Positions 28,579 through 38,289 of a DNA stretch of 64,000 nucleotides are shown here, one piece after another. The notes below the pieces were generated by a model. That model saw only the letters and a list, made by a program, of their open reading frames with translations. It was not told the DNA's origin and searched no databases. Numbering within the stretch: position 1 is the stretch's first letter; every line of letters starts with the position of its first letter. Position numbers and translations under genes: made by a program. Source of the stretch: Acidobacteriota bacterium (lineage in GTDB: Bacteria > Acidobacteriota > UBA6911 > RPQK01 > JADFOI01); contig OY760074.1 in assembly GCA_963663035.1 (NCBI GenBank), forward strand, positions 3,104,001 through 3,168,000, written 5' to 3'.

Positions 28579-30237
28579 ATGGATAGGGAACGTCGGGATC
28601 TCAGCAGAAGAGATTTCATCAAACAGGGTACGGCGGCGGGTGCCGGTGTGACGGCGTTGACCGTCGTCGCTTCGAGCCGAACATCGACCGCTTCCGCGGC
28701 TCAAGCCGACTGGCAGCACTCGGCGGACGTCGTGGTAGTGGGCGCGGGCGCCTCGGGGCTCCCCGCGGCCATCATGGCCCGCGACCAGGGAGCGTCAGTC
28801 GTCGTGATCGAGGAAAACTACTCCATAGGCGGTCACGGCATGGTCAGCGGCGGCAATCTCGCCCTGGGGGGAGGAACCAGCCGGCAAAAGAAATACGGGA
28901 TCGAGGATTCCGCCGATCAGCTCTACCTGGATCATACCGACCACACTTACGACTACGGCAGGTACGCGGACCGCGAGCTCATTCGCGTTTGGTCCGAGGA
29001 GAACGCGCCGACCCATGAATTTCTGATCGAAAACGGCGTCCGTTTCTATGACGATGAGCCCCAGCGCAGCGGCCGCATGAGCGCTCCCAGATCGGCCAAA
29101 ACCCGGCCCTTTTCCAACGATCTGAACGAAACCATCAACGGGAGGCCCGGCTCGGGTCTCGTCAGACACCTGGAGGCCAGCGCCAGGCGAAAGGGCGTGA
29201 GGTTCCTTCTGCTACACAAAGCGATCCGGCTTCTCAGACAGGGCGGATCCCGGGGAAGGGTCACCGGAATCTCGGCGCGATTCGAGGACGCGGAGGTGAA
29301 CATTCAGGCCAGAAGAGGGGTCATCCTGGCCACCGGCGGGCACACGAGTAACGTGGACCTCCGAAGAATGTTCGACCCAAGACTGACCGAGGAGTATCAG
29401 GTTGCAGGCGAACCCTGGACCAAGCAAACGGGTGACGGCGAGATCATGGCCATGGAAATCGGTGCCGCGTTGTGGGCCACGGCGAACCAGACGGCCAGCA
29501 GTCGCCCGGTTACCAAGCCAGAGCACATTGGGTGTCGGTACGGTTACGGGAACCTGAAGTGGAATCCCAAGAGCCCGATGTTCCAGCAGGCAGGGGCCTC
29601 AGGTCTTTCGGTAAGGGACTATCAGGATGTGGTTTTCATCAACCAGGTGGGCCTGAGATTCTGGGATGAGCTGGACGGCTCCCGTGCCTTCGTCGACGCT
29701 TGCCTGGGAACCAACGGAAGTCTGGGCAGGAGCGGCCAGAAGGCCAACGGGGGGGGGCCCATATGGGCCATCTTCGACTCTGAGGCGGTGAAACGGGAGC
29801 GCTGGAACCCCAGGCCCCCGCACGTGGATCCAAATGGTTTTTTCTTCCGCGCCGACACGATCGGGGAACTGGCCCAGCGTATTTCCAACCCCTATCAATT
29901 GCAGCCGGTTCCTCCCGCCGTCCTCGATGAAACGATCAGGAAATACAATTCCTACGTCGATCTGGGCAGGGACCCGGACTTCGGGAGACCGGTCCTCCTG
30001 CACAAGATCCAGACACCTCCCTTCTATGCCGCCTGGGCGACGCCGATTCTTCACGATTCATGCACAGGCCTTCGAATCGATCCCAGATGCCGGGTGGTGG
30101 ACATTCACAGCGAGGGCATACCCGGCCTCTACTGCGCCGGCGAATCGGCGGGCGGTTTCGCGCTACACGGTCTTCCCAGAGTGGTCGTCTTCGGTCGGAT
30201 TGCCGGCAGGGAAGCCGCGCTGGACCAGGCTTCGTAG
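28579..30237 (+). CDS. Tat-exported FAD-dependent oxidoreductase (FAD_binding_2; fumarate reductase/ketosteroid dehydrogenase superfamily)
   Basis: SRRDFIK Tat motif, DVVVVGAGASG, VILATGG, TGDG, IPGLYCAGE, VFGRIAG. Confidence 0.85.
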   Translation: MDRERRDLSRRDFIKQGTAAGAGVTALTVVASSRTSTASAAQADWQHSADVVVVGAGASGLPAAIMARDQGASVVVIEENYSIGGHGMVSGGNLALGGGTSRQKKYGIEDSADQLYLDHTDHTYDYGRYADRELIRVWSEENAPTHEFLIENGVRFYDDEPQRSGRMSAPRSAKTRPFSNDLNETINGRPGSGLVRHLEASARRKGVRFLLLHKAIRLLRQGGSRGRVTGISARFEDAEVNIQARRGVILATGGHTSNVDLRRMFDPRLTEEYQVAGEPWTKQTGDGEIMAMEIGAALWATANQTASSRPVTKPEHIGCRYGYGNLKWNPKSPMFQQAGASGLSVRDYQDVVFINQVGLRFWDELDGSRAFVDACLGTNGSLGRSGQKANGGGPIWAIFDSEAVKRERWNPRPPHVDPNGFFFRADTIGELAQRISNPYQLQPVPPAVLDETIRKYNSYVDLGRDPDFGRPVLLHKIQTPPFYAAWATPILHDSCTGLRIDPRCRVVDIHSEGIPGLYCAGESAGGFALHGLPRVVVFGRIAGREAALDQAS

Positions 30238-30541
30238 GAACCTGACCGGCTGAAGCACCGGGGTGCGTCCGTCGCGACCGGCTTGCTGCTGATCCGGTCT
30301 AATCGAATGAAATGAGCGAGTGGATCTTTTCCACCGTCTCCGGGCCAACGACGGATTCGAGCTGATTCAGGTCGGTGATCCTCTAGCGCCCTCTCAGATT
30401 GACCTGCCCCCACTGACAAGACCACGTACTAAGTTAGACCGGTAAGATCCCGGCCGTGTAGCGGGATCTCAAGAATCGCCTCCCCCGTATCGTGGGCTCG
30501 TTGCCGAACGTCAACATGTCGCTCATAGGACTAGCGGCACG

Positions 30542-32140
30542 TTACTGACGCTCACTGTTGGAACCCTCCTGGTGGTCGGGAATTGTCGCGCCCAACTTGA
30601 CGAGCAGGGCCATGGTGTCCTCGTATTTATTGTTCGCGGGCGCCAGCCGTTCGGCGACCTGATAGGGCGTCACTCCCCGGCGGTCCGCCGCATCCAGGTC
30701 CGAACCATTCTCCGCCAGGAATCGAACGATTTCTTGCGCGCGAATATTGACGGCAGCGTGCAGTGCTGTTCGACCATCCGAATCCCGCTCAGCGAGATCG
30801 GCTCCCAGCCCCACGAGAAGTTTCACGGCCTCCAAGCTATTCGCGTCCTCCGCCTCCTTGCTACCATGAAGGTCTTCCCGCGGAACGCCATCCGCAAGCC
30901 GCTTTGCTCCCGCTGCCAGCATCAGCGGCGGCGTCCCATCGAGCTCCAACTTCAGATGTGGGTCGGCGCCTGCGTCCAACAGGGCGCGCATGATACGCAC
31001 ATCGGCGGCAGCAGCGGCGAGAGCGAACGGCGTGCCTCCGATGGGGCTGTTATTCGACGTTTGATTCGTAAACTGCGAAAGAGGCGAGAAGTGTCCAGTG
31101 ATTCGGGCGTTCGGATTGGCTCCATGCGAGAGGAGCGCCTCGACCAATTCCGGCATGTTCGGCCGCCGTTCGGGTCGAGGTTTGTGATGCCCTCCTGTAA
31201 GAGTTTTACCAATGGCTACCCAGCCCTCGGGCACGGCATGATGCAGGGCCGTCCAGCCGTATGCATCCGTCGAGTTCGGATCCGCGCCTTTATCCAGCAG
31301 GAACAGCGCAAGCGCTTGATGCCCGTTCGCGGTTGCCATCACCAAGGCGCTGGGATTGGCGTCTGGGACAAAACAAAATGGACCCTCCCCGGGCCATCCT
31401 CGGTTATTGCCGTAATTGTTCACACAGGGACCGCCGGTCAGGTCCCGGCGCGCATCAGGTCCTCTGGCCGTCACTTCATTCACATCCACGCCCGCCCCAA
31501 GCAAGATCCGAGCCGACTCCAGATCCCCCTCCTGAGCGGAAAACATCAACGCGGTGAACCCATCCTTGGAACGTGCGTTGACATCCGCTCCTGCCTCAAT
31601 CAGCGCCTGCACAACCGGAGAGTGCTTCCCTGCCACCGCCCGCATCAGCGCGGTATGCCGCTGCCGCTCCTCTGTCACATCGACATCCGCCCCCGCTGAC
31701 AGCAGCAACTTGACCGCCTGGACATCGCCCGTGCGGGCGCATGTGATGAGTGGTGTCTCTCCGGTCCATTGGACCACGTTCGGATCGGCGCCCGCCTTCA
31801 GGAAAGTCGCCACCATGGCCGCACTCCGATTCTGACAAGCCAGCGTGAGAGGCGTGACGCCATAGTCGTTGGCCAGGTTCGGGTTGGCGCCGGCGCGAAC
31901 CAGCAGGTCAGCCGTCTCCAGATCGGTCCAGTGAGCGGCCCAAGCCAATGCGGTGGTTCCATCACCTTGCGTGGTATCGACATTCGCGCCCTGTTCTATG
32001 AGAGCGCGCACCACTTCAGTACCGGCCAGGTTTTTAACGACCTGTATCAGCCCAAGATCCTCCGCCGACGCAGGGACGCTGGCCAACAGGACTGCAGAGA
32101 CAATCCAGCCTCCTATTCGAACTGTCGTTCTCGCGTTCAT
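30542..32140 (-). CDS. Exported ankyrin-repeat protein
   Basis: Multiple GxTPL/TAL...LLxxGADxN repeats; signal peptide from MNARTT (RBS GGAGG). Confidence 0.9.
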   Translation of the reverse strand: MNARTTVRIGGWIVSAVLLASVPASAEDLGLIQVVKNLAGTEVVRALIEQGANVDTTQGDGTTALAWAAHWTDLETADLLVRAGANPNLANDYGVTPLTLACQNRSAAMVATFLKAGADPNVVQWTGETPLITCARTGDVQAVKLLLSAGADVDVTEERQRHTALMRAVAGKHSPVVQALIEAGADVNARSKDGFTALMFSAQEGDLESARILLGAGVDVNEVTARGPDARRDLTGGPCVNNYGNNRGWPGEGPFCFVPDANPSALVMATANGHQALALFLLDKGADPNSTDAYGWTALHHAVPEGWVAIGKTLTGGHHKPRPERRPNMPELVEALLSHGANPNARITGHFSPLSQFTNQTSNNSPIGGTPFALAAAAADVRIMRALLDAGADPHLKLELDGTPPLMLAAGAKRLADGVPREDLHGSKEAEDANSLEAVKLLVGLGADLAERDSDGRTALHAAVNIRAQEIVRFLAENGSDLDAADRRGVTPYQVAERLAPANNKYEDTMALLVKLGATIPDHQEGSNSERQ

Positions 32141-32201
32141 TGTGAACCTCCACAGACGGCGCATGAACCCGACTCGAGCCGCCCCACGCCCTGACGCGAA
32201 T

Positions 32202-33557
32202 CTATACCGAGAGAAGATTAAGCTGTCCTGTGCTGTCACCGAATTCCTCCATAGGAAGCCCCATCTTCTCCAGCAGGGTCAAATAGAGATTCGTGACCGG
32301 CGTCTCGATCGGATACTTCAGATGCCGGCCACCCTTGATCTGTCCGGCACCGGCGCCAAACACCAGCACCGGAAGGTTCTGAAAGTCATGGCTATTGCCA
32401 TCGGAGATGGCGCTGCCACATGTCACGATCGAGTTATCCAACAGGGAACCGTCACCATCGGGCGTCGACTGCAGCCTGTCTAAATAGTACGCGAACATCT
32501 GGGACTGCAGGGTTTCGATCTTGACCACCTTCTCGATCTTCTCCTGGTCGCCACCGTGATGCGTTATCGCGTGATGAGCGTCGGAGACCCCTATCTCCGG
32601 GAAGGCCCGATTGGTCTTTTCACGGCCCATCATGAAGGTATTTACCCGGGTGATATCGGCCTGGAAAGCCAGAACGAGCAAGTCGGCCGTCAACTTGGCG
32701 TGTTCTTGATACGTGGGAGGCGTTCCGGTGGGCCGCTCTACCGATGGCAAGTCCCACGGTCCCTGCTTTTCGGCCATTTCGATGCGACGCTCGATGTCAC
32801 GAATGGCATGGGTGTATTCGGAGAGCTTCGTCCGATCACTCGGACCCAGCTGCCGCACGAGGGCAGCCATCGCCTCGCTGACCGAATCGAGAATACTCCG
32901 ATTCATTCGAAACCTCGCGCTCTGCTCACGCGAATCCGTGCTCTGCAGATCACCAAACAAACGCTCGAACACCTTGCGCGGATTGTGCTCCATCGGCAGG
33001 GGCGTTGTTGGGCTTTGCCAGGACAGCGTGTTGATATAGGCGCAACTCCACCCCCGCTCACACGCGCCTATGATCCCGGCCGGATCCAGGGTGACTTCGA
33101 GGGATCCTAATTGTGTGTACTTCCTGAACTCATTCGCAACGATCTGATCCAGGGAGATTCCATTCTGGAAATCCGTACCAGCAGTCCAGCGCGGCCGCAC
33201 ACCGGTCAGGTATGCACCGAGGGGCCGCTCGTGCACTCCCACTGGCTGCCCAGGCAACACTCGTGCAGGTTCCTGCGACAAGCCGCTCAGGATGGCGAAT
33301 CGATCACGAAACGGGGCGAGCGGCTCGAGAAGAGGAGGCAACTCGAAGCCCGTGCCGACCGTCGTGGGCGTCCATCGATCCATGATTCTCCCGTTTGGAA
33401 GGTACACAATGGACAACCGCTTAACCGGCTGGGCCGCACTCCCCTGAGCGAATGCTGGAATCATTGCATCCAGCAGGGGCAAAGCCATCGTTATGCCTGC
33501 ACCTCGCAGGAAGGTGCGCCGGGGGACTGACTTACCAAAATTCAACATGTTGCACAT
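32202..33557 (-). CDS. DUF1552 (HXXSHH-like) family protein with Tat motif
   Basis: PRRTFLRG, ALPLLDAM, ISLDQI, NPRKVFERLFG, SILD, HHAITHH, SLLDNS. Confidence 0.85.
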   Translation of the reverse strand: MCNMLNFGKSVPRRTFLRGAGITMALPLLDAMIPAFAQGSAAQPVKRLSIVYLPNGRIMDRWTPTTVGTGFELPPLLEPLAPFRDRFAILSGLSQEPARVLPGQPVGVHERPLGAYLTGVRPRWTAGTDFQNGISLDQIVANEFRKYTQLGSLEVTLDPAGIIGACERGWSCAYINTLSWQSPTTPLPMEHNPRKVFERLFGDLQSTDSREQSARFRMNRSILDSVSEAMAALVRQLGPSDRTKLSEYTHAIRDIERRIEMAEKQGPWDLPSVERPTGTPPTYQEHAKLTADLLVLAFQADITRVNTFMMGREKTNRAFPEIGVSDAHHAITHHGGDQEKIEKVVKIETLQSQMFAYYLDRLQSTPDGDGSLLDNSIVTCGSAISDGNSHDFQNLPVLVFGAGAGQIKGGRHLKYPIETPVTNLYLTLLEKMGLPMEEFGDSTGQLNLLSV

Positions 33558-33581
33558 CTCCTTTACGGTTAACTCCTACGG

Positions 33582-36140
33582 TTAGTCCGCAGCAGTTCCT
33601 ACCCGATCCACCTTTGTCATCTGGAAGGGCACGCTCTTGACGACCGCCAGAATCAGGGACGACCATCGGTAGTCATCTTGTGCGGCTTGTCGGGTGATCT
33701 CTCGAACGGTGGGCGCGTCCTTGTAGGTCAATCCTCGCCCGAGGGCATAGGTCAGCAGTCTTTCCGTGACAGTGGCGGCAAACCGTTCGGGTTCACGCAG
33801 TAACAGACTGCGAAGTCCGGCCGGGCCCTCAAAGGCGGTACCGTCCGGAAGAACCGCCGAGGCATCGATCGTCACACCAGCGTCGACGGTTCGCCACCGT
33901 CCGATCGCGTCGAAGTTTTCAAGCGCAAAACCCAACGGGTCCATCGGTGCATGACAGCCCATACAGGCGGGATTCGCACGATGCATCTCGAGCAATTCGC
34001 GCAACGGCAGTTCTCCGATTTCTCCAGTCTTCTCCAAGGGCGGCACGTTAGGCGGCGGGGGAGGTGGAGGCGCGTTCAGAAACTTGTCCAGCACCCAGTG
34101 GCCGCGCAAGACCACGGATGTTCGATTCGCATACGAAGTCACCGTCAGGAGAGCACTTTGACCCAGCAGGCCGCGACGTGCGTCGAACTCCGGACTGAGT
34201 GGCACGCGCCGAAGATGGTTGCCGTACACGTTCGGAATACCATAATGTCGTGCGAGACGGTCATTCAGGAACGTATAGTTCGCGTCGAGCAATCTCAGGA
34301 TGCTTTGATCCTCGCGCACCATACTTTCGAGGAAGAACTCCGTCTCCTGCCTCATTGCTTCGCGCAGGTTTTCATCAAACTCAGGAAACAACACTACGTC
34401 GGGCTGCGAGGCGCTCAGATTACGCAAATGCAGCCATTGGGCGCCAAAATTGGCCGACAATGCTCTCGCGGCACGGGGATCGGCGAGCAAGCGCCTGACC
34501 TGCTTTTCCAGTTCAGCCGGGTCCCTGAGTCTGCCGCTTTCGGCCACATCCAGCAGTTCATCGTCCGGTATACTGCTCCACAGGAAGAACGACAGCCGAG
34601 AGGCCAGTTCCAGGTCGCTGATACGGTAGATCCCCCCTGGCGGCGCAGTCGCGGGCTCGTGTTCCACCCGAAACAGGAACTCCGGGCCAACGAGCATCCG
34701 TGCAAGCGCTGCCCGAATTCCTGCCTTAAAGCCCGCTTCCTCTCGGCCGACCCTGTAAACGTCGAGCAGCAATCGAATGCCCTCGTCCGTCACTGGGCGC
34801 CGATAGGCACGACGTGCGAGTGTAGACAGAATCCTCCTCGCGCATGGCTCTTCGTCGCGGATGCCAGCGGGCTGGCACACGAAGACTTTCTGACGGCTCG
34901 GCGTATCTCCTACGGCTGTTACGCGGTCGGGGCCCCGGATCTCGACCTGTTCGATAGCAGGATTCCCCCCTCTCCACTGGATCCTGTCTAATATTGTCTC
35001 GTTACGTGGTCTGAATACCGGGTATTCAGGAACGAGATTTTCGTTTTGGAAGGTAATGGCCAGCAGCCCCTGACCGGCCTTTGCGGAAAATCGTGCCGCA
35101 AGGTTGACGTCCACCTCGTGAAGCTGGTAGAGCTCACTCTCCTCATCTCCGAGGACACCTGCGCGTACAAAGGGTGCCCCGGGCGTTGCCATTTTGGGGC
35201 CGCCACCGATCGTGAAGAGTTCGATTCTGCGTCCATCCAGTCGAATGTCCAGATAATGGGGTTCAAGGAGCCCGCGAACATAACCCCGCTCATTTCTTTG
35301 GAGGGTCACCTTGACTGTGTACTCACCATCGGCCGGGAAGTAGTGTGGAATTGCCACGCCACCGCGCGAGCCGAAAGGTAGATCCTCGCTCATGCGGCCC
35401 TCTTGCAGGAGGTATGGATGAACCGTCACCGAAGATGCAGAGGGGGGAATATCCTCTCCTATGGGTCCCACGGCTAATTCACTGATAAGATGGGCGGCCG
35501 ACAGATATTTTTCCATCGCCACCGGCGTTACCGAAAGCGCCGCACCGATATTATCGAACCCGTACTGCAACTCGTCGCCCGGCAGAAGTTCATCGACCGC
35601 GATCTCGACCGCAAGCAGGTCGCGTATCGCGTTGGCGTACTCCGTCCCGTTGAGACGACGGGGAACCGGCCGACCAGGATCAGGTTCGGCCACGGCAGCA
35701 CGATCCAACTCGGTCTCAAGGTAGGCGACGAACGACGCTAGTGCCGCCGCGTCCGGTCGCGGCCTCGCTGGCGGGGGCATCAGCCCCGCCCGCAGCTTTG
35801 CTACGACCTTCTCCCATGTCTCCCGATGGACGCTGATGTCATCGAGCTCCAGCCGATCGAATGACAGGTCCGCCGTGCGCAGCCGTGCATTGTGACAGAG
35901 GATACAGTTCCGCTGGACAAATGTGCTGTAGTCCGACGCGGGCGGTGAAGGAGAATTGGCTGGTGCCGCGCCCGAGAGGTCTTGCAGGCGCGCGCCTCCG
36001 CTCGTCATGAGCTGAACTGCCTTGAGAGGGAATGCCCTGACTTCGTTCTCGCCGCCGGCCCGAGGGCGACCGCCGACGCTCACCGCAAGGACGACAACCG
36101 CGACTCCGATGCCGCTCACTAGCAACTTTCCTCTCAGCAT
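33582..36140 (-). CDS. DUF1592/1588/1587/1585/1595 multi-domain cytochrome c protein
   Basis: CILCH and CMGCH heme motifs; RRLNGTEYANAIRDLL, ELASRLSFFLWSSIPDDEL, YALGR. Confidence 0.85.
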   Translation of the reverse strand: MLRGKLLVSGIGVAVVVLAVSVGGRPRAGGENEVRAFPLKAVQLMTSGGARLQDLSGAAPANSPSPPASDYSTFVQRNCILCHNARLRTADLSFDRLELDDISVHRETWEKVVAKLRAGLMPPPARPRPDAAALASFVAYLETELDRAAVAEPDPGRPVPRRLNGTEYANAIRDLLAVEIAVDELLPGDELQYGFDNIGAALSVTPVAMEKYLSAAHLISELAVGPIGEDIPPSASSVTVHPYLLQEGRMSEDLPFGSRGGVAIPHYFPADGEYTVKVTLQRNERGYVRGLLEPHYLDIRLDGRRIELFTIGGGPKMATPGAPFVRAGVLGDEESELYQLHEVDVNLAARFSAKAGQGLLAITFQNENLVPEYPVFRPRNETILDRIQWRGGNPAIEQVEIRGPDRVTAVGDTPSRQKVFVCQPAGIRDEEPCARRILSTLARRAYRRPVTDEGIRLLLDVYRVGREEAGFKAGIRAALARMLVGPEFLFRVEHEPATAPPGGIYRISDLELASRLSFFLWSSIPDDELLDVAESGRLRDPAELEKQVRRLLADPRAARALSANFGAQWLHLRNLSASQPDVVLFPEFDENLREAMRQETEFFLESMVREDQSILRLLDANYTFLNDRLARHYGIPNVYGNHLRRVPLSPEFDARRGLLGQSALLTVTSYANRTSVVLRGHWVLDKFLNAPPPPPPPNVPPLEKTGEIGELPLRELLEMHRANPACMGCHAPMDPLGFALENFDAIGRWRTVDAGVTIDASAVLPDGTAFEGPAGLRSLLLREPERFAATVTERLLTYALGRGLTYKDAPTVREITRQAAQDDYRWSSLILAVVKSVPFQMTKVDRVGTAAD

Positions 36141-36451
36141 CCTGCCCCTTCCCCAGTAGGTTTCTCAGAGGACTATACACCAACGGTCTTGGCGGTGTAA
36201 ATAACAAAACTGCGCGCTCGACGAAGCTGTGGGACAATTGGCACTGTCAAGTTAATGCGCGAATCGCAGACTAGGCCCTTGAGCGCCATTCGCTATGCGA
36301 CACATGTTATCTCATTCCAGGTGTTGAAGGCTCGGCCTCGGAGCAGTCGATAATGGATGGCCTTCACGTGGTGTCGGCCAACGCAGAACAGGTTGTGGAT
36401 TGCACCGTGCACCGAGAGAAACCTTTGGGCCTGAACCGCTGATTTGAACCT

Positions 36452-36598
36452 CCGCATTTGACGCTCCTGCTCAGCGAGCCTTTTTTGTTGGTGGAGGGGA
36501 TCCTGCAGAACCAGAACAATGTCACTTCGATCCGAGCCCAGAAATTCCAGGCCATCCCGGGACTCGAGATCGACCTCTGGTCCCGTAATTTCTGTTGA
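36452..36598 (+). pseudogene. Remnant of the DnaE2 extreme C-terminus (right fragment)
   Basis: LLLSEPFLLVEGILQNQNNVTSIRAQKF...SRNFC*, similar to the DnaE2 ending EGxLQ...SRDFH. Confidence 0.65.
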
Positions 36599-36618
36599 AC
36601 TCTAGCTGGGATTATTTT

Positions 36619-37564
36619 CTACGGCGCAAGCGTATCGCCCTGCTCGAGATACTCCTGAACCTCATCAAAAGTCAAAGCCTGGACTTTGGTAGGGATGGAC
36701 TTTCCGCGCACAGTCACCACTTCCTCCCGCCCTTTCAAGCTCTTCCCAGACAAGTAGCAGAAAGAGCTTTCACTGATGACCACGTCGCAATTCCACTCTT
36801 TGGTTGTGCCCTCCAACCGGAAAGCCAGGTTCACGGCGTCGCCCAGGGCAGTGTTGTCTGCACCGATTCCAATAGCAGCTTCGCCTGAGTTGATGCCCAC
36901 TCCCACCCGTAGTTCCTTGTTGAGCTGCGGGTACTTTTCCCCCAGATTTCGGGTCAGCTGGTGAATTCCACAGGAGGTTCGCAGGCTTTGGAAAACATGC
37001 TCAGCGGGATCTCCCTCATCGTCCCAGACAGCCATTACGGCGTCGCCGATGAATTTGTCTACTCTTCCATTCCTTTTCTCCACAGCCTTCTCTACCATCT
37101 CAATCCATTGGGACATCACCTCGCGCAGCTCTCTAATGGAGATCGACTCTGCCAGCTCGGTGAAGCCACGGATATCGGCCACCAGAATGGTGATGAGGCT
37201 CACCCTGGAAGCGACATGCAGGACTGTGGAGCCGCCGCTGAGCCCTTCATCCGGCAGGATCTGCTCCAAGATCTCGTCCTGATGAAAAACAAGGGATGAG
37301 CTGCCAATGGCGATCACATCACCGGACTGCAGAAGTTTAGGGGTGGAGACCCGCCGATCGTTGAGGAAGCTGCCATTTCGACTCCCCACATCAATCAAGT
37401 AATACTGATCACGACCGACCATGCGAATCAAGGCATGATTGCGCGACACGGTCGGGTCGTCCAGAGGGACAGTGTTGGCTGCATCCCTTCCGATGGCAAC
37501 TATCGGACCGCAGGGGTACTTGCAGGCATTCTTCCCCCTGAGAAAGCTCGAGGTAAGCTGGCAT
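36619..37564 (-). CDS. FHA-domain class III adenylate/guanylate cyclase with a 1-nt frameshift near the 5' end
   Basis: FHA: IGRDAAN...VSRNHA...GSRNGS; cyclase: ADIRGFT, KFIGDAVMA, GVGINSG, ALGDAVNLAFRLE; ATG 37564 (RBS GAGG) joins the frame if one G of the G5 run (37534-37538) is removed. Confidence 0.8.
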
Positions 37565-37800
37565 TACTGTGACCTCAAATCGAATAATCTTCTATCATGT
37601 GAGATTGTAAGTCTTCGTATCAATCACCGGCAAGAGAATATGGCACGAGATCTTCCCTGGCACTGCCCCACAAGCCTATGGTAGTATAGCCCGCAGCGTG
37701 GTTTTGTTGCCAATTTCTCCCTTCATGTCATTTGTGACGGCGCACCCGTTTCCAGGGAACGCCGCGGATCTTTTTTTCACCCAATTAGGAGGTACTCAAC

Positions 37801-38274
37801 ATGGCTTTCGAACTCAGAATCAACGGGCGGTCTCATACCGTGGACATCGAGCCCGAGACACCCCTTCTTTGGGTGATCAGGGACACCATCGGTTTGACCG
37901 GCACCAAGTACGGCTGCGGCATTGCCCAGTGCGGCGCCTGTACGGTGCACGTGAACGGGCGGGCGATTCGGTCCTGTGTGACCCCGGCCAGTACCGTGAT
38001 CGGCAAGGACATCAAAACCATCGAGGGGCTGTCCCAGGACAGCGACCATCCGGTCCAGGTGGCCTGGACAGAAGAGGACGTTCCCCAGTGCGGCTACTGC
38101 CAGTCAGGACAGATCATGGCAGCCGCAGCCTTCCTCGAAAACCATCCCAACCCGAGCGACGCTGATATCGATCGGGAGATCACCAATCTCTGTCGCTGCG
38201 GCACGTACGTGCGCATCCGCCGGGCTATCCACCGTGCGGCGCAACTGGCCACCGGGAGTTTGTCTCGGGCATAG
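37801..38274 (+). CDS. iorA: Isoquinoline 1-oxidoreductase alpha-like 2x[2Fe-2S] subunit
   Basis: [35 protein letters not shown]. Confidence 0.9.
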   Translation: MAFELRINGRSHTVDIEPETPLLWVIRDTIGLTGTKYGCGIAQCGACTVHVNGRAIRSCVTPASTVIGKDIKTIEGLSQDSDHPVQVAWTEEDVPQCGYCQSGQIMAAAAFLENHPNPSDADIDREITNLCRCGTYVRIRRAIHRAAQLATGSLSRA

Positions 38275-38289
38275 GGGGGAGTATCCATT

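Noticed and set aside
30572-34991. Long antisense ORFs (e.g. 30572-31699, 33951-34991)
   Set aside because: Shadow frames of GC-rich genes on the opposite strand; no recognisable motifs
36356-36450. Possible additional gene or IS remnant left of the dnaE2 fragment
   Set aside because: Too short and no recognisable motif or inverted repeat
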